The notes: generated from the sequence alone by a model not told the origin. Positions 40,901 to 52,786 are shown, counted from the first letter of the stretch. The stretch is DNA of 64,000 bases from Lingula anatina (GCA_051362555.1 CM120648.1:3034587-3098586), one strand, 5' to 3'. Made by a program: numbers and translations.

Positions 40901-41477
40901 ACGTATGTTACATCCTTAAATGACCAAACAATTTCATGGTGAAAATCCTTTTTGTTTTCAGATAACCTTTATTGGAGTGAAAGTTTTGATTATTCCTATA
41001 TATGATAACATTTCCTATTCATCATAAATAAATGTAGCTGCTTATAAATGTATCGTACGGCAATTTACTACTATGTTTTAAATATAGGGTATTGAAAATT
41101 AAAAAATTGGCGACATTTTTCTACCAAATAAAAGCAAAACTTAATATGCTTCGATGGAAAAACAAATTAGCATAAAAAGTTGGATATATATCACCTTTCA
41201 ATATAATAAACAAATTACCAGGGTTTTCAGCCTTTATAACTCGTTTTATATATGTTGAAGACAAAAAATTAGAAAAGCGTCAGTAACGTATGTTACAAAA
41301 ACGGGGGTTTAAGCAGGTACATCGTGAAAATGACTTAACTAAACTCGACTTTTGCAATATGGCCAATAAGGTCAGAAATCTCACTAAGTCATAATATAGT
41401 GAAATGCCCCATATCTTGTGTCTTTTAAACGTGGGAAGGTGACACCCCCATTTGCACTGTTTTATTGACTTTGAGTG
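37916..41477 (-). mobile_element. Internally deleted DNA transposon with CAC...GTG termini (superfamily uncertain)
   Basis: 26-bp TIRs CACTCAAAGTCAATAAAACAGTGCAA at 37916 and (reverse complement) ending at 41477, with CAA on both flanks. About nine copies of the quasi-palindrome GTAAC(G/A)TA(T/C)GTTAC lie inside. It contains ORF 39991-39074. Confidence 0.8.
39074..39991 (-). CDS. Basic N-terminal part of a transposon-encoded protein (truncated transposase-like)
   Basis: 305 aa, K/R-rich (MPLSRAEIQKNYRERKK...), with a coiled coil. It ends near FYVRGDKSIMQPRKKE, a motif recalled from animal DNA-transposon proteins. No catalytic core follows. It lies between TIRs. Confidence 0.6.
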   Translation of the reverse strand: MPLSRAEIQKNYRERKKRNERETYLAKERARQKRNYVPIGTLTERKRSKRRDEVKEWVRKCRQKKNVENAAVDVPNPVESTNDTSGYETMQSDHSTGLVVRLPNRRNGPRKRLSKALRKSRDKLKSLKKENEGLKKKVKYVQRKMQRMKRKMNIPACPNTPRSNMKRLFPKSKGFGGERVRKQQLLTNVITAEASKFKHVTTSNAKKRQLYGSFAGKLLKKYRCISHFSKSAKINRNLISNIIRKGIDTAEIRKRTAYKFRREVTAFYVRGDKSIMQPRKKEKTKRMFKFSKRDVKLVESKFRHN

Positions 41478-42562
41478 CAAATTCATAGCAACGTTGGCCT
41501 ATATGCCAGATGCCGAGGTCCACACATTGAAAAAAAGGACACTCGGTTTAATAATTCTTTTTGACTTTTAACTGGATATACCTGTATTTGAGAATGACGT
41601 AAATTAAATTTGCCTTGATACCTCGTTTTTCTAATACAGACCAGAAAAATATGTTGTGCTATAGATGGCGGGTCTGGGGTTATATTCAACGATTAAATTG
41701 ATATAAAGTAAACACTTCCAAGAAAAGAGGAACTGCCTGCGAATGAAGGACTAACCTCACCACGCACTTCAGAAGTAAACCCCCCTCCCAGCCTCTATTA
41801 CAATCAAAGTTCAACTTGCAATTTTTCCTGTACCAAGTGGATCTATCTACGAATGAAGGACATACCTCATGACGCAAGGAGATCGTATACTATTGTCACA
41901 ATAAGCGATGTCTCGATATTCAGACAGTCTGGAAACTGTTGCACAAAGCAAGTGCACGTAAAGTTGAAAGAAGGGTCTGAGCAAAACCTGCTAAGAATTC
42001 TAGCCAACTAAACAGTTTTTCAGTTTTTAAACTAAGCGTCTAGTGCAAATTGCGATTGTTGTGATCTAGTGGAGACAGGATCGAGTATATATTTTGTGTG
42101 TAACCAGTCGTTCTTTAACCTCTTACGGCACTATTACAAAGTCGACTCTACATACAAAACTGTCCAATATTGGCAGGCAAAGCCAAATTAGATGTTTTCG
42201 TGAAATAGGACCCCCCCCCCCCCCGGCCTCCTGTATTATGGACACTGTAGGCCTACTTCCCATCGTTCCGCATTGCAGCGTGTTAAATCAGTTAAAATGT
42301 CCTCTTGGGTAAACAGTTAACATTTTGATATCCCTGCTAAACTTAGATCGTCTCATATCAAATGGAAACAAACAGATTAAAAGAAATATCTAAGCGAGTA
42401 TCCGATACACATTTATTTACTTGGTATAGTTACATAAATGTAAATTGTTACAGGGGGGAGTGTGGCCTGATTTTTACTTTATTTAGCCTTATATTTTCCC
42501 TTATGTCAAAGAAATACAAGCAGGCCTTTGGAGTTGTTCTTTAAAGCCCAATAAGTGAATAA

Positions 42563-42915
42563 TGTGACGATGCAGTGTGTTAGTTGAGATTGTTTTGTAT
42601 TGCTTCCGGTAGATGTCTCTATAAGTAAAGTCCCGGTGTGCAAGTTTGAATCTCCCTTGTGATTGGTGATTTAAAGGTAAAACTGTTCATTGTATAATTG
42701 GATCTGATTGGTAAACGTCTACTATCTGAACATGTTTATAAGGTGTGACGTGAAATAAATTGGTCCTTTTTGGGGCTCTCTTTGGCTCTTCGACCATTTT
42801 GACAGTCATTGCGGATTCTGAATTCTGAGTCATTGTGATGTTCTTGACTCTGAGAAACCAGTGAGTATAGTGTTCTTTATACCTTCATAAAGCACTCGGC
42901 CACGAAGGCGTAACG
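42563..42915 (+). mobile_element. Solo LTR (Gypsy-like)
   Basis: Begins TGTGACG and ends CGTAACG (TG...CA with one change). Flanked by an ATAA 4-bp direct repeat, with internal TATAA and AATAAA. It interrupts the duplicated block. Confidence 0.65.
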
Positions 42916-43829
42916 ATAATTTGTCTTTAAGATGGTAAAACAAGGATCTGCCAAGCAGCGGTGACAAGTAGTAATTTCTATATCACAGCATCACGTGTCA
43001 TGCAAGTGGTCATATGCAGCAGGAAACAGAGTGTTGACAAATTGAACGGATACTGCCACTGATACAAGACTTAAACAAATACATTGTGAGTTTTATATTT
43101 CTACCCTGGTGTTCTTGGATAAACCCTAGAGGGAGATCGTTACGTGGATTGACAACAACAACAATAATACCCAGCACACTGAATTGTTCTTTTTTTTACA
43201 GTGTGACTACATAAATACCTTCACCGAGTTTTATAATCTGTGACGACAGCGACAGCATGTTCCTAAATTAATAGAACTAAGTAAAAGCAACAATAAAAAG
43301 CTGTCATTTAATGATTACGACAGCATCAATATTGCAATGCTAATTATGTCACCGTGTTTAAATGTTTAGCTATCACGGCTTTGTCTGGCTAGCACAACAA
43401 AACAGTAAAATTTACTGTCACTTATAATTCTACTGCGAGTGACAAAAAGATTTTAAAAAAATTAAAAACGATATGCCCTTTCACTCGTGCCGGCACAACA
43501 AACAAAAAATATGTATGATCAAGGTCCGTATGAATAAATACATCAAAATACAAATAAAAAGAAAATTACTAGTAAGTATACCTTAAAAACGCGCAACTAC
43601 ATCGAGAAGGGATAAAAACAGCAGTGATTTACTTTGCGTAGGCTCGACCCAGGCTGATGCTAGGATTCAACCCTATTACTTTGAGACATTTGTTATTCAT
43701 GCTTGCCAATGCTACAGTAACACAATATTTTGGCAAAATTAATGAGTTTTATCATTCTATCAATGTTGGAATTTCTTACAGTGTATAGTAAATTACAGGC
43801 GAGGATAGTTCGCATTAAAGTCTCGTATC

Positions 43830-44900
43830 CTAGCTGATCAAGTTCAGTAATCCTGTGTCTTCAGGATTTAGAAACTCGTTCCCCTCCAGAGCCAAGCGAA
43901 ACATTTCTCTAGCTAGTTCTCTGATCTTATTGGCCTGTTCAGACCCGGTCTTGCGATATTCCTTGACGGAAGACGATGCTAAGGTGTAAACATCATAGGG
44001 TACCAGCAATGCGCTCATTACAAATCCTCCTATGTGCAGAACTCGAAGCCCTGACCCCAACCCTCTAAAAACAGTCGCAGCGGCGCTGTCTGTAATACCC
44101 GCTGCAAGCCTGATGCCACCCAATGCTGGAATCCCGACGGCTGTCGCTGCATTTGACGATAATAAACCTGTATCTCTAACGACAGAGAAGAGACCAGAAG
44201 ATGGGACCATCTTTTTAAGGTTTTCTAAGCTTTTATTATATGCTTCAGCCTTCTCTTTGACAGCATTAACTGCCTCCTGTGCCTCTCTGCACTTGGATTT
44301 GGTGATGAAATGCTCAGCTAAACCTGAGCCGGCAGCCGTGATACCCCCTACGCCACTCAGTGCTGCACCGGCGATGGAGAGACCAAGCGACGCTCCAAAT
44401 GTCACAAATGACAAACCAAAACCTACAGCCATAAGTGGGAATCCCACCAGGGAAACTGCAGAACCGGCAATCTTTCCTGAAATTTTGTTTAAAATATTTT
44501 TAGACATATATAACGTGTCAAGAAATAGGTACCCTCCAACAGAGCCGCGAATAAATTACCTTATGTGCCCTTTTCTTACAGCAGAGAATCATGCCTTGAG
44601 TCAGAGACACAACTGTGAATAACTAGTGAAAAATCCATCTTTGACCCTGGTAGAGGGTAAGGATAATGGGTTAAGGGGTTTATAAATCAGCGATAAACTG
44701 CCACGTACTATGTAAGACCATGTAACACCAGTTTGAGGCTATAGATATGCTTTTAAGGAGGCTTACAAACGACAAATAAACAAATATAAATATGTTACCT
44801 CTGTTACATTTTTTGAAATGCTCGTCAATCTCGTCAGCAAGGGAATGCAACTTTTTGGAGGCTTCTTCGACGCTTTGAACAAGCTCACGAAGCTCGTTTT
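43830..44900 (-). CDS. APOL: Apolipoprotein L (APOL) domain, last two exons of paralog B
   Basis: LHSLADEIDEHFKKCNRG/KIAGSAVSLVG..LMAVGFGLSFVTFGASLGLSIAGAALSGVGGITAAGSGLAE...GGFVMSALLVPYDVYTLASSS....GSEQANKIRELA. This matches the APOL pattern: LAD motif, Gly/Ala-rich hydrophobic hairpin with P/F-x-T-x-G-x-SL, and C-terminal D.Y.L...S..A..IR. Confidence 0.88.
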
Positions 44901-47900
44901 CCAACTCCGCGCTCAACTCCAAAAATGCATCAGAGTACATTGATTCTTGTTCGCCGGTTCTTGTTCGTTCCGTTGAGGCTTCTTCAATGCGAGCAAACTC
45001 ACGAGGTTCGTTTTTCAACTCCATTCGCATCTCCTCAATCTTCTCTGGATCTCCAACATTCATTGGTTCTTGTTCACTAATGTCAGAAGGCCCAGTGATG
45101 CTTCTTTGAACACTGAAATAAATGATAAATGTCAAAAATTAATCAATAAAAAATGCATACGTGCTCTTTACAAATTTTATGAAAATGTGGCCAATTAATG
45201 CATCACATGTTCGTGTTGGCTTGTTTTAAATGCACGGGGCAACTTATTTGTCAAACGCATTGCATACCTACATGTAAATGTTAACTGAATAGGAAAACAT
45301 AACAGCAAGAAAAGTACAAGAAATCCATGGTTTTTGGCATAATTCAAGTAAGGAAATGGTGATAGTAAAAATGAACGTTTTCTCTTACAAAGTAAAGTGA
45401 TATTTAAGTGAGACAATAAGAGTGTGTTTTCACATAAAATTTTTTCTATTTATTTTGAGATTTTTTATCTTTCAATACCTCGCCCAGGCTCGCAAATGTC
45501 TTTCCTGCATAGGAACAACTTTCATAGGAGAGCCTGTCTCTGCCTGTTCAACAAGATCACCCCCAGATGCGTCAAAATCTCCCTCTACTTGTAAAACAAT
45601 AAAAAGCATATTTTTCTTAACTTAATCCATGATCTGCAGAACAATTACATAACTTCAACAAGAGGAATACAGTTGCTGTTAAACAAAAGGGTGATTAGCA
45701 TGGTTTGGGTATTAACTTCATATATTGTTCAAACTTTAATAATCTATTAATAAGGTCCATAAGTCGGCTATCAATTTAGAATTTTATGTCAAATCCGGTA
45801 CGTGACAGTCCAGTTTTTACTTACTCGATTTTGATTCCATCTGCTCATGTGATGGTCCTTTTAGGATCGCCTCTTGCCCTAGAGTGTCATCAGTAATGCT
45901 TTTTCTTGCCATAGAATCCACGGTATCAGGAACTTCATCTTCACGTTTTTTCAAACTCCTTTCCAACTGCTTTTGCATCTCCTCAGTCTCCTTCGGATCT
46001 CCAACAGTCATTGGTTCTTGGTTACTAGTGATTGGACGTTTCGTTGAGGCTTCTTCAATGCGAGCAAACTCACGAGGTTCATTTTCCAACTGCTTTCGCA
46101 TCTCCTCAATCTTCTCTGGATCTCCAACATTCATTGGTTCTTGTTCACTAATGTCAGTGATGCTTCTTTGAACACTGAAATAATTGGTAACTGTCAAAAA
46201 TTAATCAGAAAAAATGCATACGTACTCTTTACAAAATTTATGAAAATCTGGCCAATCAATGCATTACATGTTCGTGTTGGCTTTTGTTAAATGCACGGGG
46301 CAACTACTTATAATGATCTAAAGTAGTTATACTTATTTAAGTTCATATGCAAATTTAAGTAAAACTAGTTCAGAGAGATTGAAAAATGTAACTGTACACA
46401 TTTTAATGCTAAATGAATTATTATTATTATTATTATCATTATTTGTCTAACACAATGCATATCTACATGTCAACTATATAAGAAAACATAACAGCAAGTA
46501 AAAGTACAAGAAATTCACGGTTTTTGGCAAAATACAAGTGAGGAAATGGTGATAGTAAAAATGAGCGTTTTCTCAAACAAAATAAAGTGATATTTAAGTG
46601 AGACAAGGAAGTAAATTAAGAGTGTGTTTTCACATTAATTTTTTTTCTATTTATTTTCAGACTTTTTATCTTTCAATACCTCGCCCAGGCTCGCAAATGT
46701 CTCTCCTGCATAGGAACAACTTTCATAGGAGAACCTGACTCTGCCTCTTCAACAAGACCGCCCCCAGATGCGTCAAAATCTCCCTCTACTTGTAAAACAA
46801 TAAAAAGCATATTTTTCTTAACTTAATCCATGATCTGCAGAACAATTACATAACCTCAACAAGAGGAATACAGTTGCTGTTAAACAAAAGGGTGATTAGC
46901 ATGGTTTGGGTATTAACTTCATATATTGTTCATACTTTAATAATCTATTAATAAGGTCCATAAGTCGGCTATCAATTTAGAATTTTTTTGTCAAATCCGG
47001 TACGTGACAGTCCAGTTTTTACTTACTCGATTTTGATTCCATCTGCTCATGTGATGGTCCTTTTAGGATCGCCTCTTGCCCTAGAGTGCCATCAGTAATG
47101 CTCTTTCTTGCCATAGAATCCACGGTGTCAGCCAGAACTTCATCTCCCCTGTCTGATAAAAAGATGCTATGAGAAAAGATGCTAGCATAATTTCTTTATT
47201 CTAACATTAAAACATGCAATGATACAGTTTAATTCAATGCTTCGCTATTACTCATCTGAAATTCTTGGTAAACTTTCACAGCCCACAATCCAGTGGCGGA
47301 TGTTGTCCCCCCCCCCCCCCCCCCTCCTTCTCTTTCTTAAAAAAATTACACCAAAAAAGTCTTTCTGGTGACCTTTCGACTCCGCTGATCTCAGCATGAC
47401 TGTGAAGTGTGCCAGTGTGTCCGAATTAAGCTTAATTGCACAGCTGATGCAATGGAGTCATTAATGGTTGCTGGCGTTATTTATTTTGAAGGTTATATTA
47501 ATCTTGCCAAATATTTATGGTTAGCCTTCCAAAAAAGGGACTGTGCTGCACCCATTACCAACTAGTAAACTGGCAGTTGAGTAGGTAGAGCCATTTGGGC
47601 TCTGCCAAATATGTTTTGTATTTTTCTTACAAGTAGTCTACTATATCACTTTTTAACATAATTCATATTTATTTATATTAGCATTCCTATTGTACATTTT
47701 CATCTACTCATGTAGATGCATACGATACAATGAATAAAGCGTGTAAGAAATTAATATTACCCTTTTGAATTTAGAATACTGACTAGATGAAGTATATTTC
47801 TAAACCGCACCAAATGGCACCGTTTGCGCTACAAAACACCAGCCTTTTTCTGGCCCTTAGAGGACCCCCCCTTACCCCTTCGCTATGGGGCGAGGCTCGG

Positions 47901-50900
47901 TTTCGCATCCAAGGCCTGTCATTCCTAAAACACGGACCACCATTCAAATAATCTTACATCTGCCCCTGCAGTCTCTGTGAAATCTACCAGAGTTTATAAG
48001 TTGTGGATTCCTACCAAAATCAAACGTCACGTCCGGCTACAGTCCATTTCTTACATACTCGATTTTGATTCCTCCTGGCCTTGTGATCCACCTTGCACAA
48101 TCTCTTGACTTTGGTAGTCATCAGGAAAGCTCATTCTGTCCACACCTGGGGCCTCATCTTCGCTGTCTTATAAGATATATTATGAAAATTAATTCTAGCA
48201 TTTTCTTCTCCATTTTTAACATTAAAAATACACTAATACAGTTTCATTTAACCGGGCGAAGCATTATATAAAATGTGTCCTTTGTCTTGTGTATGCAATT
48301 CAAGGTTGACTTACCGTGTCCACACTTTATGAAATATGTCCGAATTTATAATATGACGCTAGATATCAGAATTAAACGTAAATGTCACATTGGGCAAAAT
48401 GCACTTAATTTTAACTTACCTGTTTTTAATTCTACCTGTTCATGGGATGATCCTTCTTGCGCCGCCTCTTTATCTTGAGGGTCATCAGTAATGCTCATTC
48501 TTGCCATAGCATCTACGGTGTCGGGAGCTTCATCTTCGCTTCTTAATATCCAACATGCTTCAATATAGGCGTCCTCTGATATATCGCATGTGATATAGAA
48601 CTCTACATGATGCTCCCTCGAGATCTCAAGAATTTTGTCTGACAGTAAGATATCAGAAAGAGCTGCAGTAACTGACCCATCCTCATACTTTGACCAGAAA
48701 TATGTCAAATCTTCCAATGAGTAGAACCTCACAGAAAGTATAATACTCCCTGTTCTAATAGGTCCAACAACCTCAGCTTTGAGCTCACGCAATCCACTAA
48801 AAAAACGTTTTCGTTTTCTGGTATTTAGTAAAACTTCAGCTGTTAGCTCTTTTCTTGCAATCCGAAGTAATGTTTCATTTGCTTGTTTTTCCATTTCAAT
48901 CTTGTGTTCTTGCTCTAGTTTATCCATTTCAATTTTATGTAGTTCCAGTTTGAGGGCAAGATCTGTAATACAATAACATATTTCTCTTTTAATTTAAATC
49001 ATGACTTAGGCTTGATTTTACAATTCAAACCAAACTCCCAAACTTCCGGATTCAAATATCTCCCCATAATTTCTGTACATTATTAGTATGAACTAAAAAA
49101 GAGTTTCTGATCTGGGCTGTTACAGGCATATACTTATCATTATAATTTATGATCGTTATGTTGCAATCAGTTGTTAGAATACCAAAGTACAAAATACAAT
49201 TGTTATTTTGTGCTGGAAAATTACTAAAACTTTTTTCTGTAAAAAAGTAAAATGAAGAATGTTAAATGCAAATTATAGTATGTTGGAAGGTGCTGCTGTA
49301 TATGACAGCTTCCGTAAACAACCCATGTGCAACACAGGGCAAACAACCGCAAACGCTGAGTGAGAGTACATTAAAACGTATCTACTATCAAAAACCTAAT
49401 TTAAAGTTCATCAACTAGATTAGTTAAAAAGTTTTTAAAATGGAACATATGACTTTAGCATTAAAGGAATTAGATTGGTTACTTATCCAGGAAAGAATTT
49501 TGTTTTAAGTCTTGTGCATTGTTTTAAAGGCTTTTATAGAAAATACACCAAATTAAATTGCCCAACTTACTTCTCAGTTTGAACCACAAAGGCAACCTAG
49601 AAATACTTTTATCACAATTTTACACTTAGTTACTGTGAATTACAGCAACTGTGTGACGAATTTTATGGAGACATGGTTTTTGTTGTTAAGGTATATTGTA
49701 ACCCTTTATCACCCAGAAACCGAAAATGAGTTTTTTTTTCTGCATCTAATTACTCAATAATGCACCTATCTTTGCGCTGATTTAAACAATAAAATAACTC
49801 AAAAATGTAAATTATCGCCGTTTACATTCTTCGTTGCAATGTAAAAGCATAGGCAACTCAAAGCTTTAATCCTCAATTTAATACCTTTCTATTTTGGTGT
49901 GAGATAGCAATCGGTATGGGGCGTATCCCTGAACAAGATTATCACGAAAATCGGCAGAGTTCACCACGAGTGTATGTGCTACAATCTTGGTTTAAATGAA
50001 TTTGTAATGGAGTTATAAGTCATTAATTACATATTTTCTTTCAACAGAGGCATTATGTTCTTTATCAACGATAAAATCTTTACTAAGACTTCTTAAAAAA
50101 TTACTGGCAGTATGTTGGAGTACTAATTGGTGTCACTAAATTGGCGTTAGAACGGTGATAGTGGGTTCTCAGGTAAAGGAGAAATTTGAGATTTTTTTCA
50201 GTTTGTACCTCAAAATCGCAATTACAACGTCACCCGTAAGATGGCATATGTGTAAATAATGATTAATTTGGTCATTGAACCCTTACGATTTATCTATTGT
50301 CCAAAGGAATGTATGAAAGGCAGTAAATTAGGAGTTTTGGGCGAAGGTTGACAATATCCTTAATGCCCTAAAAATGAGGCCTTTTGACATAAAATCTGAA
50401 AGTAATTGTGGCAGTTTAAAGTATCTCTAGATTTCAATCCAATCTCATCTATTTGAGAGTTTTTTAAAAGTTTAAAAGTATGTCTGTAATTTAGTGCCGT
50501 ACTTCTTAAGAATTTTTATTTTATAATCGCAATATATACGACTACATTAAAATGTAAGAAAATGTAAAACGCTATACAGTAAACAAATATAATTATTGTT
50601 GTTGTTGCCATTATTAACCTTTGCTGCAGCTGTTCCTGATTGTCACATAAACCTGACAACTACATGTATCACAAAAGCCGAAACGCTTATTTCGCTGCAG
50701 AGACAGCGCAAGATTAGTGAAAGTCTCATTGAAATAAAAGTTCAGGAGGGCATCTTTGACTATGAATTACATGCTAATAGCTACTGTAAGAGCAAGAAAA
50801 TCAATCTTTCCTTTTTTTGCAACAAAATTATCAGATAAGGAAAACTGCATAAACAAAACATGAATTCTGTTTTGAGATATATTAAATACCTAGAATAAGT

Positions 50901-51724
50901 TCATCCAACAAGAATATACCACCATTGCTACAAACCTGCGTAACGTTCGGAAGAAGGTTCGGAAGTGTCCGTGCGCTTTCGCTTAGGCCCCTCTCCTAGC
51001 AAAAAGATTATTTTCTTAATATAAAATGTGCTATATTTTCATCGAAGACCTAATGCTTACTTCAAGTGTTTGACACAGTAATCCATTGTTATAAAAGGCA
51101 ATTTACAGGATATTTATTTACTTAATCAACTAGTATATCGACGCTGCATAGTGGTCCTTAAGTCAACGGATTATGGTGTGTCATATCAATCAATGTACAT
51201 GTATGCTGTCTACGTTTGTGTGCTTTATAACTTTGCATTTTCTATAAATATCAAATGTTGTTACGCCTTAAAACGAAACAAAAACTACTACATTGTACTA
51301 CCACTACTACTGGTTTTTCTACTTCTAATTGTACTACTATAGATAAATACGTGACAAAAATTGTTTTCCTCTCCTTACCATTTTCTTGCGACTCTCCGTT
51401 AACAGTTTCCTCTGCCGTGTTGCTGCCGAGGAAAGTTTCTATGTTTTTTTCTGTCTTTTCTACAATATCTAACAGCCTTTCAAGATGTATATCTGATAGT
51501 ACCTGCTTCAAATAACTATATTTACCAACATTGATAACACTCTTATTAGTCAATTCGTTCAGGATGGTTCTCACGTCAAATTTATCCAGATTCTTTTTCA
51601 AAATAGGTCGAAGTAACTGGCGCATTTCTTTGGTCTTCTTTTTCCCTATTTCATCATGTAGCCTGTTTACCAGAAGGTTATGCTCTCTCTGGGCCGCCAT
51701 ATCAGTACAAAGTGCAGCAGCCAT
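43830..51724 (-). CDS. DED - TRADD-N-like - acidic repeat linker - apolipoprotein L fusion protein (paralog B, ~903 aa, 10 exons)
   Basis: Exons 51724-51379, 50995-50936, 48962-48420, 48166-48059, 47152-47027, 46788-46680, 46174-45825, 45587-45479, 45112-44799, 44476-43830. All introns are GT-AG with phases 1,1,1,1,1,2,1,2,1. Total 2712 nt, open to TAG. Confidence 0.8.
44960..47135. repeat. ~1.1-1.2-kb intragenic tandem duplication of exon-intron units
   Basis: 45260-45930 is near identical to 46450-47130 (offset ~1201), and 44970-45245 matches 46040-46300. Introns are included. Confidence 0.9.
47291..47968. mobile_element. Putative MITE in intron (CAGTGGCGGA-type TIR)
   Basis: cagtggcggatgt at the left end and acatctgcccctg at the right end. 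A TSD is not clearly preserved. Confidence 0.45.
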
Positions 51725-52130
51725 TTTACACGTTGTCTACCTATATTTACAAAGAAGAGAAATGAACAACACGTCCCACTGGGTGTTGTATCAGCCCTAA
51801 CTAATTAAGTACACTGTACTAGTTGTCGTTAAGCAAATATTGGTCCCACTTGACATTGATTGCTATCTGAAACAAAAGAATAAATTACATAAGTCTACAT
51901 AAATAGTAATCCTACATTTATATCTCCCCCCAAGTCTTTATAGGTTCACTGATAACCAAAGTCAGTAGAAAGACTGAAAAGTTTCAATGATCCATGAGAG
52001 GTCACTAGTGTGAGAAAACAAGTAAACTACAAAGTAAGAGGAGTAACAGTTAAATTGAATATGCAAACGATAACAGGAACAGAAAACATTGGTGTCCAAC
52101 TATACAGGAGTTCAAATGTTTATGACAGTT

Positions 52131-52470
52131 CATAATCTTTTTGCCAAGCTAGGGGTAGAGTGGCACGAGTGGAGCGTCTATGTTGATCCATGGTAAGAGG
52201 CTGGGACATTCCAGATTGACTATCCACTGTCCTGGGGCGTGGAGTGGTGCAAACACGTGTGCTAACACTGACTGACCTAGGTAGAGTTGCATTCCCCAAA
52301 GGTAGAAGGCGGCGCTTTGGGGTGACGGCCCCTTTGGATGGTGTATCTGTGGCGGGTGAAGGTGTGTTGAACAGTTGAGGTATGGTTGGTGCAGTCAGTG
52401 ATGGCGGGGTTTCCCACTGCGTTTGTGTGTCATGAGAGTGTGGGGTAGCCTTGTTGACTTTATATTTAAA
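52131..52470 (-). mobile_element. Fragment of Gypsy-like LTR retrotransposon pol C-terminal tail
   Basis: An open P/T/S-rich frame ends ...QHRRSTRATLPLAWQKDYELS*, resembling the RRSTR...P.W..DY motif at the end of Gypsy pol proteins. Confidence 0.55.
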
Positions 52471-52471
52471 C

Positions 52472-52786
52472 TTCGCGGATTAATGCTGTGTCACATGACT
52501 AAAAATTCCCATTCTATTTTAAAACCAATAAGCCTAGACCTATCCAATAAGCCTAGAGCTATTGAAATCAAAAGAGATAACAAATGCATCAGCGCCAATT
52601 AAAAGATATGGCTTTAATTAGTTTAATGTGGCAATTGTGACGTAGGTACTTACAGTTTTTGAGCCTGTTATGCACGCACACAAAGGAAATCAATAAATAT
52701 GGCGTCTTGAGCCGAGGAAACGACAATCAGTGTAGTAAAAATAGCATGGGAATTTTTAGTCATGTGACACAGCATTGGTCCGCGAA
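52472..52786. mobile_element. MITE with ~40-bp TIRs
   Basis: ttcgcggattaatgctgtgtcacatgactaaaaattcccat / atgggaatttttagtcatgtgacacagcattggtccgcgaa. Confidence 0.75.

Noticed and set aside
43830-44507. Stand-alone 225-aa APOL gene starting at 44507
   Set aside because: That Met lies in intron sequence just before an acceptor at 44477, and the conserved LAD helix is in the upstream exon.
44032-44622. 196-aa plus-strand ORF
   Set aside because: Antisense shadow of the APOL exon. The same applies to 28113-28451, 45884-46171, 51531-51800, 39216-39996 and the small ORFs overlapping the GPCR.
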